Shown here one piece after another: positions 24,790 through 37,074 of a DNA stretch of 64,000 nt; the stretch's first letter is position 1, and each line of letters begins with the position of its first letter. The translations under genes and the position numbers were made by a program. This DNA comes from Mobula hypostoma. Its lineage: Eukaryota. Where the stretch lies: the NCBI RefSeq assembly GCF_963921235.1, contig NC_086097.1:17236001-17300000 (forward strand). Direction: 5' to 3'. The notes beneath the pieces are model-generated. The model ran no database searches and was not told where the DNA came from. It was given only the letters and a program-made list of their open reading frames with translations.

Positions 24790-26010
24790 AGACAGCAAAA
24801 AGGGTTGTCAGAGGATACAGCGGGATATAGATCAGTTGGAAATCTTGGCAGAGAAATGACAAATGAAGTTTAATTGGGACAAATGTAAGGTTGTTGCCTT
24901 TCAGAAAATTAACTGGAAAAGGCAAGTAAGTGGCAAATGGCAAGACCGACATCAGCATTTGTATACAGAGGGATCTTGGCTTACAAGTCTATAGCTCTTT
25001 GAAAGCATTAATATAAATGGATACAGCATGTCCATTAGTCAGACCAGTGAACATTAAAGTCAGGAGGTTATGGTGCTGCCTTGGTCAGGTGATATTTAGA
25101 GCAAGGCCTCCCATTGGTTGGGGTTGACCACGGATATTGCATCCCAGCTGTCAGGCCAGTATGGTTCAGAGATCCCATGCAGCCAGCACCCCCTCTCCAC
25201 ACAGCTGATACAGTTTGGCTCCAGCAGTGTCGCGGGGTTGCCAATCAACGTTGAACCTAACATAGGGCTGCCTTTGGGACTCCAGCTCCGGACCTTTTCC
25301 TCTGAGTTTGCTTCCGAAGCCTTCCCCATGAGTGGGTACAGCCACAAGGCAGTGGAGATTCAAGATCGGAGTTATCCTTTTCCTAGATGAGTTGCCAAAC
25401 ACGGCTGACGAGCCCCATCTGCTCAAAGCAACTGGTTTTAAGGCAGCAGTAACCCTCCTTTTCCCCTTCTCCTGTCAGTAGAAACAATTCTGCTGGGTCT
25501 CATAGCTAAGGCACACAAGAAGGCCAGGAGCTGGACTTGGTTGTCAGAAGTTATATGAAGCACGTGCCATTGGGAGTATTTAATATGAATGGTGGGAGTC
25601 TATCCCCAGTACCTTCCCCATCCAGCCTTAAGGAATCACAGTTAGAGTATTTTGTGCATTTCTGATGACAGGATGAATGTAGGGGCTTGGGAGAGTGTGC
25701 TGAAAAGGTTCACCAGGACCTCACCTGGTTTAGAATCTATGAGCTATAAAGGAGAAGTTGAATAAACTTGGATTGGTTTTTCTGGAATGTTGGAGGCTAA
25801 GGAGCAATCTAATAGAAGTATATAAAATTATGAAAGCATAGACAAGGAGGTTAGAGTATTTTTCCCAGGGTGGAAATGTCAAATCCTAAAGGATGTAAGT
25901 GTAGGTAAGAGGGGGAAATTTTAAAGGACATGTGCGACGCATATTTTCATTCAAAGAGTGTCAGCTGACTGGAACACCCTACCAGTGGAGCTGGTAGAAG
26001 GCGTGATCAG
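24790..26010 (+). mobile_element. Old CR1 3' fragment interrupted by an RTE-derived element
   Basis: CR1-like DNA ('atacag.gggatatagatcagtt', 'gttagagtatt.tgtgca.ttctg', 'tttttcccagggtggaaatgtcaaa'). Confidence 0.7.
25100..25626 (-). mobile_element. Non-autonomous RTE-derived element
   Basis: Minus strand 'gggctcgtcagccgtgtttggcaactcatctaggaaaaggataactccga' matches the motif at 967-1085; GC-rich; interrupts CR1 at 'ttagag'. Confidence 0.55.
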
Positions 26011-26419
26011 GAAGGTCACAGTTGACAAAGAGATTAGTGGAGTTGTCGACAGTGTTGAAGGTGACTGTAGGCTGCATGGTATTGGCTGTGGCGCGGCAAG
26101 GTGGTGTCCATTATCAGTAACCCCACCATCTGGGCCATGTTCCCATCCCGATGCTGCTATCAGGCAGGATGTACAGGAGCCTGAAGACCCACATCGCAAG
26201 TTTAGCAGCCATTTCTTCCCCATGGCCACCAGTCCTTGAACCAACTTGAAAAACTTTAACAGTACATCAGACTATATTTTTCTTTCCTTTCCCAAACTTG
26301 TAGCAATGCCATTGGGCTTATCTTGTTGCTTATTTTGCACATGTGTATGAAGTACATCATTAATGTTAATTAAGTTCATGTTAACCTATGTTTGGCATGG
26401 TCTTGAGAAGAAAGAGTTT

Positions 26420-26720
26420 AAAGATTAGCTTTATTTATCGGATGTATATCAAAACATACAGTGAAACGCGTTGTTCTGTGTCAAATCACATCAGTGAAGA
26501 TGGTGCTGGAGGTAGCCCGCAAGAGTCGCCATGCTTCCGGCTCTAACATGGCATGGCCACAACTTACAAACCTTAACTCTATGTGCTTGGGATGTCTGGA
26601 GGAAGCTGGAGCATGCCTAAGGGAAATCCACACGGTCATCGGCAGTCAGCTTACAGTCAGCAGCGGGAATCGAACCCCAACCTTCTAGCTGGCTGCTGTA
26701 ATGTATTGCACTAACCGCTA
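26420..26720 (-). mobile_element. tRNA-derived SINE
   Basis: Reverse-strand head with B-box 'ggttcgattcccgc' (~26662-26677) and A-box 'tgtagcggttag'. Confidence 0.7.
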
Positions 26721-26814
26721 CACTGCCGTTCCTGGCCAATACTGCGCCGTTGCTGCAAAAAGCTAATTTTTATTTCATTTATATGCCAGTGACAATAATG
26801 AACTTGAACTTGAA

Positions 26815-27800
26815 CTATTGATATGTTGGTGAAATGGGTTGAGGAATAGCAGGTGGAGGTTAATCCTGAACAATGTGAGGTAATGCATTTTGAAGGCACC
26901 AGAGAGGCATACACCACAAATGGTAAGGTCCTATGGAGTACTGGGCAATAGAAGGACCTTTGCCGATGCGTCCAAAGATCACTGAAAGTAGCACTGCAGA
27001 TCGATAGTGAATGCAGTTAAGGAAACATATAGGATACCGGCCTTGAGTTGGGACCTTGAATACAAGTGTAGGGAGGGCATGCTCTAACTTTGTAAAACAT
27101 TGGTCAAATCTCAGCTGGAATACTGCCTGAGGTTCTGTTCATCACATGGTAGGAAAGATGGGTTAGTGCTGGAGTGGCTCACCAGGACATTATCTGGGAT
27201 GGAGTGTTTCAGTTATCAGGAGAGACTGGAGAGGCTAGGTCTGTTTTCCCTGAAGATGTTGAGAGTGGCCATGACTGAGACATATAAAATTTTGAGGTGT
27301 GCAGAGAGGTGAGATTGCAGGAATCTTATCTCCTTATCAGAACAGAATGAGACCTTTAGGCATACAAGCAGAATTAGGCCATTTGGCCCATCTAGTCTGC
27401 ACAGCCATTCAATCATGGCTGATTTATTTTCCTCCTCAATCCTATTCTCCTGTCTTCTCCCCATATTTTTTGATGCCCTTACTGATCAACGAGCTATCAA
27501 CCTCTGCTTTAAATATACTCAATGGCTTAGCCTTCACAACTGTCTTTGCTATGGATTCAACAGATTCTCCTTCCTCTAGCTAAAGAAATCCCTCCTTATC
27601 TCTGTTCTAAAGGGACATCCCTCTATTCTGAAGCTGTGCGCCAGACCCTCCCACTATAGGAAACATCCTCTGCTCATCCACTAGGTCTTTAAATTAAGTT
27701 AGAGGTTGTAGAATTAGGATGTTGGTTGTAGAGGTTGTAAGGAGTAAGAGATTTAAAGGGGGTCTGAGGAGGACTATTTTCACCCAGGTTGTGGTGATAC
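26815..27800 (+). mobile_element. Old CR1 fragment with an opposite-strand CR1 3' end (~27345-27685) inserted
   Basis: ORF 27100..27312 (QLEYCLRFCS..SYQERLERLGLFSL); insert begins 'agcagaattaggccatttggccca'. Confidence 0.75.
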
Positions 27801-29699
27801 CTGAACTCAATCAAATCTGTGAGACAGTTTCCCCCTTGACAATCTTTACCCATATCCATAGCCAACTGACTATCCCTAATAAGTCCATGTTTTCCCAAAT
27901 GGAGTAAATCCTCTACTTTGGAGATGTTTGAAGAAGTAGATAAGCTCTTAAAAGATGGGGGGAAAGAGAGGATTCCATGGTTTAGGCGGGAAGAATAGAG
28001 GCCTGAGGCAGACCAACAACAATTACATTGAGTAATTGAATATACTTGAAGAGTCATTTGGCCTGCTGCTATTCCGATCTTCTTGTGACCTCCCTCCCGG
28101 CATGTGTCTCACCCCTTCAGACTTCTGTCTCTTTCCTTAATCATAGAAGTTTTGTCAATTGCCCTGTGAACCTCTCTTTCCTGCACGGCAGACATAGTGT
28201 GTAATGCTGGTGTTTAGTCGAATGTGCCTTTAAGTCCTGATGTCCTTGTCATTCTGGTCTGAAGGAAATTGGAAAAATTGTATTCGAGTGAGCCAGATCC
28301 TGTGCGGAACTGTGCAGGGCTGGTCTTCACACACTTCTGGGCATAAATCACACTAATGTCTTTTTGGCAAAAATCAGAAGATTTTTTCAGGGTTCGTAAA
28401 ATACAACACCTGCTCAGGTCCCCCATAAAGGGTAAAAGTTAATTTCCAGACAATTGTGTTTATTTTTAATTGTAAGTTTCAATGTGTAAATGTAATCATT
28501 ATCTTCACTGCCATGCAAGACGTTTCCTGTCTGATGTTGCATTTTGCCTCCCTGCCATCGACCCCTGTGCGCCCCCACCCTTAGCTGCGTTTCCACCTTT
28601 CATTTGCTCCTATTTGCTTATGGAATGTAAAATACACAATCAGGATTGCTTTCCGTCTTCTTCCCATTCCGGCTGCGCTGAGAAAACAGAAGAGCTGCAG
28701 GTGGCAAATGAAACATCTGCAGGTCCTGTCCGTTCTCTGCTGCTTTCCACAGCTGCTCAAACTTCATGGCAGACATTAATTATGTCTGGAACAGGTGGGA
28801 GTCTCCTGAACAGAATTAAGTTGGCTCGGAGCGGGACCATTATGATGTCAACACCCCTTCCCACGAAACCACCTAATTGACACCACTTCCTGTTCCCACC
28901 TTCTATCACTCGGTGCTACATGTTCTGTTGTAATGTTATTTTAAAATATATTTAGCCTTTCTCAGAGGGAGAAATGGTGACATCTTTTCTGCAGTAATCT
29001 GTGAATTTTTTGATTAATATAAGTGGTCCCAATTGTTTCCATGGTTTCGGAGGTGCCCAGGGGCTTTTGCAAATGCAGTTGCTTGTTGAGTTTAAAGTTC
29101 AAAGTAAATTTATTATCGAAGTGGGTACATATTACCATATATTACCTTCAGATTCATTTTATAGCAAGCATTTACAGTAAAAAAACACTTATGATAGACT
29201 TTCAGATAGGCACATGGATGACAGAAAAATGGGGAGCAATGTAGGCAGAAGAGTTGTATTGATTTTAGAGTAGGTTAAAAGATTGACACAGGGCCTGCAC
29301 AATGCTGTAATGTTCTATGTTTTAATTTTACAAAAAACTCTAATAAGCAGACAAAGACTGACAAATCCAGGCAGCAGGTCAGGGGTCTCCAATTTTCACA
29401 CAAAGATGTGGGAGTAGGTAGGTTAATTGGCTGTTGTAAAGTGCCCCGAGTGTGTAGGTGGTTGGTGGAATCAGAGGAGAGCTGAAGTTCGTTTTTGATT
29501 TGTTGACCGATGTGTTTCCCATGAAAAAGAAAAGGGCTGAGTATTAATGTGCATCACGATAGCCAGAACAACCAGCCTATTGGGTCCATTCAAATTCTTC
29601 AGGGAGGAATGCCATTTGTTGCATCTGCCATCTCCTTATTTTCCTGCATGCCTGCAACACGTGCCCATCAAATCCCCTTTCATACAACTTTTTATGTAA

Positions 29700-29870
29700 G
29701 TAACCTTCACTAATCTGTAAATCTTTGGGATAAGATAGGAAAACAGAGCACATGGAGGAAATCTATACATTCAAGGAGAGTATGTGCAAACTCAACTTGG
29801 ACAGTGGCAAAGGTCAGGGTTAAACCTAGGTCCCCTGGAGCTGAGATAGCTGTCACTGACTGTGCTGAAA
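29700..29870 (-). mobile_element. Degenerate V-SINE
   Basis: 'ggaaaacagagcacatggaggaaatc...ggagagtatgtgcaaactc...aacctaggtccctggagctg'. Confidence 0.6.
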
Positions 29871-30394
29871 ACACTATTTGATGTCCATATTTCCCTGTTT
29901 TCACTTACCTCCATGCAACTGAAGGGAGTCCTCCGGCTTTGGTCTGTGTATTTGTTTCTCAGACAGGGAGGCAAGCAGGAACTGTAGATCCAAATATTTT
30001 CTAATATTCTGCCTGCTTTTGAAAACTTGTACAAGATGTTCTACTTTATTTGTAATTATAGCAACGGGATCTTTTGAATAGAGCATTGATCCGGACAACA
30101 TGAATTGATTTCTACCTTGGCAGCTGGGAATTTGAAGTCATTTAATCAAAATAAAACTGGAATTTAAGAAAAAAGATGTCATAATTATGGTATTCATGAA
30201 GCTAATGCATTGTCCTTAAACAAAACCCATCTGATTTCTAATGTCCATCAGAAATACCTAGGCTGGCTCCATTGTGGTTGGAACGACCTCTTTGTTTGAG
30301 AGCAACAAAGATGAATTCTGACAGTCTGCAGTGACCACATCCTAGGTACCAATGAAAAAAAAATGGTGCGTGATTTTCTTGGAGTCAATAAGTT

Positions 30395-30810
30395 CAAAGT
30401 TTAAAATCCAAAGTAAATTTTATTATCAAAATACATATAAGTCATCATAAAACACTCCATGATTCATTTTCCTGCGGGCATACTCAGCAAATCTATAGAA
30501 TAGTAACTATAACAGGATCAATGAAAGATCAACTAGAGTGCCGAAGACAACAAACTGTGCGAATACCAACATAGATAAATAGCAATAAATAATGAGACCA
30601 TAAAACAACAACATACAGAATCCTTAAAGTGAGGCCATTGGTTGTAGGAACATCTCAATGGATGGGCAAGTGAGTGTAGTTCGAGAGCCTGATGGTTGTG
30701 GGTAGTAACTATCTTGAACCTGGTGGTGTGGGTCCTGAGGCTCCTGTACCTTCTACCTGGTGGCAGCGGTGAGAAAAGAGCATAATCTATGTGGTGGGTT
30801 CTCTGATGGT
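30395..30810 (-). mobile_element. Rex1-type 3' end with (TTTGAAC)-type tail; similar tails at ~1640-1816, 7535-7740, 45610-45745, 50808-51050
   Basis: 'caaagtaaatttt.ttatcaaa.tacata' tail and 'gaggctcctgtaccttctacctg.tgg' (PSGRRYRS) end. Confidence 0.7.
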
Positions 30811-30987
30811 GGAGGTTCTGGCAAAGATGACATGGTCAACATCAGTATTACTGTCCCTCAATACTGGGCAACACTCCGCTCTTGTGTCTGTGCTTTGTGC
30901 TGATTGAAACTCCAGTGCCATTTCCATCATTTTCAACTGTAAGGCCTGGAGTACTAAAGGACTTGGTCTATATTCACTCACTGATTT

Positions 30988-31445
30988 AGACCATAAGACA
31001 ATAAGACCATAAGACAATAAGGAGCAGAATTAGGCCATTTGTCCCATCGAGTCTGCTCTGCCATTTCATCATGGCTGATCCATTTTCCCTCTCAGTCCCA
31101 ATCACGTGCCTTCTCTCCATATCCCTTCATGCCCTAATCATTCAAGAATCTGTCAACATCTGCCATAAATATACACAAAGGCTTGGCCTCCACAGATTCA
31201 CCATTTTCTGGCTAAAGAAATTCCTCCTCATCTCCGTTCTAAAAGTACACCTCTCTATTCTGAGGCAGTATCCTTTGGTCTTAGACTCCTCTGCCATAGG
31301 AAACATCCTCTCCGCCTCCACTTTATTGAGGCCTTTCAACATTCGATAGATTTCGATGAAGTCACCCCTCATTCTTCTGAATTCCAGTGAATACAGGCCC
31401 GGAGCCATCAAACACTCTTCATATGATAAGCGTTTCAATCCCAGA
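30988..31445 (-). mobile_element. CR1 3' fragment with (ataagac)n tail
   Basis: ORF 31142..31504 (GLYSLEFRRMRGDFIEIYRMLKGL...FRTEMRRNFFSQ). Confidence 0.9.
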
Positions 31446-31759
31446 TTAATTTCTGTGAATTTTATGTACATAAAGTGACACCAGGTACAGGAGTTTCTGT
31501 ACATTAGGTGACTCTGTTAAGAAATCATATAGTGCTGGTTGGGGTTGTGATGGGGTAGGTTATTGGGTGGAGGTATTGATCAGCCTTACTGCTTGTTTTT
31601 GAGTCCAATTACTTTATGAGAGGGACATTAACCACACTGCATGACAATCAGACTTATAAAACCTGACATTCCTTTCTCATGGATATAGCATTTTGTTCTT
31701 CAGTACTTTTGCCTGTGACTTCAACAAGATTGTAAGCGTTGATGAAAATACTCGTGTTT

Positions 31760-32175
31760 TCAGAATCAGATTTATTATCACTGGCTTATGATGTGAAATT
31801 TGTTGTTTTATATCAGCAGTACAGTACAAGGGCGAAGTCACTGTATATTACAAAAGAATGAGGAGGTAGTGTTCATTAGTTCGTGGATCATTCAGAAATG
31901 ATGGCAGAGAGGAGAAGCCCTTCCTGTATCAGTGGGTATGGGCTTTTTGCTTCTGTACCTCCTCCCCAGTGACAGTAATGAAAAGATGGAGAAGGTCTTT
32001 AGTGATGGATGCTGCCTTCTAGAGGCACTACCTCTTGAAGATGTTCTTGATGCTGGGGAGGATGGTGTCTGTAATGGAGCTGACTGAGTCTGCAGCCTTT
32101 GGCAGCTTCTGGCCATCCGGGGCATTGGAGCCTCCATACCAGCCTGTGATGCAACCAGTCAGAATGTCTGCAGCT
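31760..32175 (-). mobile_element. Rex1/Babar 3' fragment
   Basis: (cagaat)n tail at ~31761; LLSLGRRYRS remnant. Confidence 0.75.
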
Positions 32176-32584
32176 GTTACTGGTCACTTACCGAATCTTA
32201 CATGTGTATCCATCTTTCTGATGTATCAATCTGTACCATCTTGTTTTGAGCCCCCTTTAAATGCATGACTATTCTCTTTGGTATTTAGTGATTAAGTTAG
32301 CTTTTTTAAACTTTCTTTAAATTGCAGACTTACAAATCTCTGTTACATCTCATCTTTATTGCCTGTAATGAATTTGGATTCTTGTACCATACTGTGGAGT
32401 ATAACATAACTCACTAAGACTGGAACATCAAGAAAGTGTGTCTAATTATTGTAGCAGACTACTCTCAAATGAAGCATGGTATATATAATGATGACGCAAT
32501 GGTTAATGATGTGATCCAGTTTCTTAAGGGAGCAGCAACCCTCAACAACCTTAAAGTTACATTTTTTACTGTGTATATGAGTGA

Positions 32585-32960
32585 CGGGGTGGAGATACAT
32601 CTCTACCAATGGAGGAGTAAGGAGCTCCTTCCCTCCACTAGCCTGCAGGTCATCCTTGGGCAAGGTGTAGCACCTGCTTAGCCCCCTGATCAGGGTCACG
32701 TGAAGCCATGGGGGCAGGTGGTGGACGATTGTGTGAGCAGCTGGTTATCACAAGTCTTGTTTATGTGACCACTGATGCCAGGCAGACAGGTTATCAATAA
32801 TAATATCAATAATACTCTGAAGAGTATTGATAACCTGTCTTGTAAAGACAGTGCCCAAAAGAAGGCAATGGCAAGCCACTTCCGTAGAAAAAATTGCTAA
32901 GAACAATCATGGTCACGGAAAGACTATGATCGTCCACGTCATTTGGCACGTAATGAATGA
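32585..32960 (+). mobile_element. Non-autonomous SINE-like element with BovB/Bov-A-like tail
   Basis: Second copy of 6797-7165; 'agaaggcaatggcaagccacttccgtagaaaaattgctaagaacaatcatgg', ends (aatg)n. Confidence 0.65.
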
Positions 32961-33829
32961 AGAAACATGATGTATATAAACCACAGAAATAAGCAATTAT
33001 TACAAATTATAATCCATCACTCAAGCCCGTTGTTGCTCCTGTATTTCACGAATACAAATCATCCTTTGCCATCGGGGGCTAATCTATAAGTCACTAGAAG
33101 CTGACAATGTGAACTTACTTGTCATCATCCTGTGGATTCTCTTCTTTTGCAGGGAAGCAGGCAATTCCTGCGGATGGCATAAATTATGAGGCGGCTTGTA
33201 TGTTACAATTGCTGTACTTAATTTCACATTTAGAAAATTTAACTCTTACTTACCAAAGATGAAAGTATAATCCTTAAGCCACAAACTCTTTCAAAGGGCA
33301 TGTGGGGAAAGTGCTTTGAATGGATGGCTTGTGAAATGAATGACTAAAGCAGGATGTGGAATCTGTGGTCAGAGGATAGTAAGAGTGTTGAGGTTGGAAA
33401 AATGATGAGCTTCGGTTTTGCATTTTAACGTTGCTTGACAGAGTGTGATTGGCAAACTTGAGAATTGAGAGGTTCTGGATTCTGGATAGCAACCAGACTT
33501 TTAATTTGAAGATAGCGATGTATGTCAGGATAAATGGCTTTTGCTGATGTAGTATGAGCAAGATGTTAATTCTACAAAATATTTGTTAAAATGGGACTTC
33601 CTTTTCCTCATATAATCATGTTCCTGGGAGACAAAGCAGGTCATTATAGTGTTGTGGTTATCATGAATAGCAATAAGGTGAAAATTACAGTATGAAGAGA
33701 TAAGATCTATATTTAGACTGGAGGCCATAGTGTCTCTTCTTACTGTGTGTGCAAACACCTTAGGCACATATACATAGCTAGGCAGCCTAAGACTTTTACA
33801 CAGTACTTTAGTAATTTAATTCTCCAAGA

Positions 33830-34222
33830 GGACAGCAACCTTGTCCTGGTTTGGAGGCTTGCGTGCCTCACTGACCCAGAGAGCTATGTTGGCTGAAGTC
33901 CAGACTTTATACTCTGCCTCTTGGTAGGGTCACTCATGCCAAACAGGTCAAAGGGTAGAGGTCAGACTAAGAGCTGTCTACCGGTCCTCCATGTTAGAGG
34001 GTTCAGCTCAGGACTAACAACGTTCACTGGTAAAATAGAATTGTAATGGAAACAGCAATGAAGAATTGTTCTACACCTGAGTCTCCACCCAGGACCTGCA
34101 GGACTGACAGTAGTGAAAAACTGAGTGGAAGCTACTGCCACAATGAAGGAAGCCCTGAACACCACCACAGATGGAAGACCTTTATTGCTGCCCTAAACCC
34201 CAGTGGCATTACAAGCAGTAAG
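33830..34222 (+). mobile_element. Bipartite non-autonomous RTE (Rex3/Expander-like 5'UTR joined to RTE 3' end)
   Basis: 'ccttgtc.tggtttggaggcttgcgtgcctca.tgaccc...ggtagggtcactcatgccaaacaggtcaaagggtagagg'; ends WKTFIAAL-coding DNA and taagt; second copy 44608-45070. Confidence 0.65.
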
Positions 34223-37074
34223 TTAGCTAATTTTATGTATTGCACTGCACTGCTGCCACAATAAAAAAACAGATTTCATGACATATGTGAGTGATGATAA
34301 ACCTGATTCTGATATGGATCCCTACTCTGAACTGAAAGTGGGAAGGGTGCAGGGAGAGAGGAATCATGGTTGGGAAATGGGGAAGGGAGAGGGGTGGGAG
34401 TGGGAAGCAACAGTGAGATACACCATAATGATTAATAAACCAGTTGTTTAGAAACAATTGACCTTGGGTGTCTGCACCCAACCCACCCCCTGCCCCTGGT
34501 ACTCCTTCTCTGCTGCCTGTCCCACACCCCTCCCACGGTGCTACACCCTTGTCATTCCAACCATCCTTTGCTCCCACCAGATTTACAAACTCGCTGTCCC
34601 CTCCAAGTTGATAAATGTAGTTCTGTGCAGTAGTCTCAGGATCTTAGCTATATATATATGTTCCCAAGGCTTTTGCGCAGTACTGTATGTCACATGCTTG
34701 GGTATTCAGAGTAAACTTAACAAGGCATCCAGATGCCTCATGAAAGAACTATTTGGTTGATACTTGTGCTTTGTTATGGTAAAATAAAATCTAACTCAAA
34801 ATGAAGGTTAAGTCGATTTTCAAACATTTAAACATTTTGGTTGCAATTTATTTATGCTTTGAATCTTATTAGTGAAGAAACTTCTGTTAATTTCTGAGAA
34901 TGTTTATCTGCTGAAACCTTGTGCATGACTCCTCAGCCAGAGGAAATACTCTTTCCAATTCATGAAATGTTGTTTTTGTCAGTTTTATGAGGTGCAGATA
35001 CCTTCAACTGTGGTCTTATGCTTTTCATATAAATAATTCATTATTTTTGTTTTACTTCTTAGCAAATGTTTATGGAAGTCAAAACCTTAATGACCTTTTC
35101 ATGTCTCTTGCTTTCAGGATGTAGCCATTTGTATCGTTGAGTCTTTCTTCACCCTCGTTTTCAATGTGTTTCCTGTTTTTTTTAAGAAGTATTTCACGCT
35201 TCAAAAATTGTTTCTGTCATCTGTGTAGGCACCAGTTTTAAAAAGTGAGCAGGGCCTGTTGGGACTTGACTGTGGAGTGGGAGATTGCTTCGGTTAATAG
35301 TAGCTAACATTAGTTAGCAAGGGCTAATAAAAAGAAGTAGGATTTAAATGAGACAACAATTGTTTGGGTTACCATTGGGTGAGTGGACACTGTTAGAATG
35401 GTCAGGCTTTGGCTCAATAGGCTTTGGTGAGAACAGGTGCAGGCTAGAACTGAAGTTAAGTTAGAGGCATAACTAGTGTGGGCAGCATGGTAGTTCAGGC
35501 AGTGGAAGGCTCCTCCTGTGAGATGTGGGATGTCAGAGTACTTGACGGTCTCCTTGACGACTGCATCTGCAGGAAGGGCACCCAACTTCAGATCCTGACT
35601 GACAAGGTCAAGGAACTGGTGCTGGAGCTGGATGGACTCAGGACCATCTGGGAGGCTGACAACTTTATAGATGAGCCTTTACTTCAGAGTGCAGGCTTCA
35701 GATAGTAAATGGTGGACAACCAGGAGAAGTAGGGGCAGTAAGCAGTCAGTGCAGGGTTTCCTTGTGGTCATTCCCCTCAGCAACAAGCGTACTCTTTGGA
35801 TAATGTTGGTGGGGGATGACCTATCAGGGCACAGCAGCGGCAGCAATGCTGGTGGCATTGTGGATAGTTTGGAGGATCAGCAGGGAAAGGTAAGGTCAGG
35901 CAAAACAGTAGTGATAGGAAATCAGAAATGTGGAGGACAGACAGGAGATTCTGTGGCCACGAAAGAGAAGCCAGGATGGTGTGTTGCTTCCCAGGTGCCA
36001 GGGTCCAGGATGTCTCAGGGCTACTACAGAAGACTCTCAAGAGTGATGGTGAGCAGCCAGAGTTGGTGGTGAACATTTGCACCAATGACATAGGTAGAAA
36101 GGCAGAAGAGGCCTTGCGTAATGCGTATAAGGAGTTAAGGAAACGGCAGAAGAATAGGACTTCCAAGGTCATAATCTCTAGATTACTCCTAGCGCCACAT
36201 GCTAATCAGGGCATGAATAGGATGACAGTTCAGAAGAACGCATGGCTGAGGAATTGGTGGGGGGAGGGGCAGGGTTTCAGATCTGGATCACTGGGATTTC
36301 TTCTGGAGAAGCTATGACTTATACGAAAAGGACAGATTATACCTGAACCCAAAGGCGATCAATATCCTTGTGTGCAAGTTTGATGGAACATTTGGGAGGA
36401 TTCAAACTAAATTGGCAGGGGAATGGAAGCCAGATTGATAGGGCTGAGGACGGGGCAGCTGGTATATAAGTCAATGCAGTGTGTAGGGAGACTGTGAGGG
36501 AGGATAGGCAGATGTTAGGGCAAAATTGTAAGTGTAACATGGGAGCAAAATTGAAAAGAGAGATGAGCATAGGACTGAAAGTGTTATATTTGAATGCACG
36601 CAGTATACCAAATGAGATAGATGATCTTGTAGAGCAGTTAGAGATCAGGAGGTATAATGTTGTGGGCATCACTGAGATGTGGCTGAAAGGAGATTATAGC
36701 TTGGAGCTTAACATCCAAGGATACACATTGTGTCAAAAGGACAGGCAGGTAGGTGGAGTGGATGGCATGGTAGCGTTGGTAAAAAAAAATGAATTAAATC
36801 CTTAGAAAGATGTGGTATAGAATCAGAAGGTGTAGAATCCCTGTGGGTAGAGTTAAGAAACTACAAGAGTAAAAGGACCCTGATGGGGGGGGGGGGGTTA
36901 TATACAGAATTCCAAACAATTGACAGGACATGGGATATAAATTTCAATGGGAAATAGAAAAGGCAAAAGAGCAATATTGTGGGGGATTTTAATATGCAGG
37001 TAGTTTGCAAAATTTGGTCTCGGATCCCAAGAGAGGGAATTTCTACAATGCTTATGCGATGGCCTTTTAGAATG

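Noticed and set aside
25440..25626. Possible twister/HDV-like ribozyme at the 5' end of the RTE-derived element
   Set aside because: Could not fit the conserved core or pseudoknots by eye; needs an Infernal search
28620..28642. tggaatgtaa resembling the miR-1/206 5' end
   Set aside because: The rest of the mature sequence does not match and no precursor hairpin is evident
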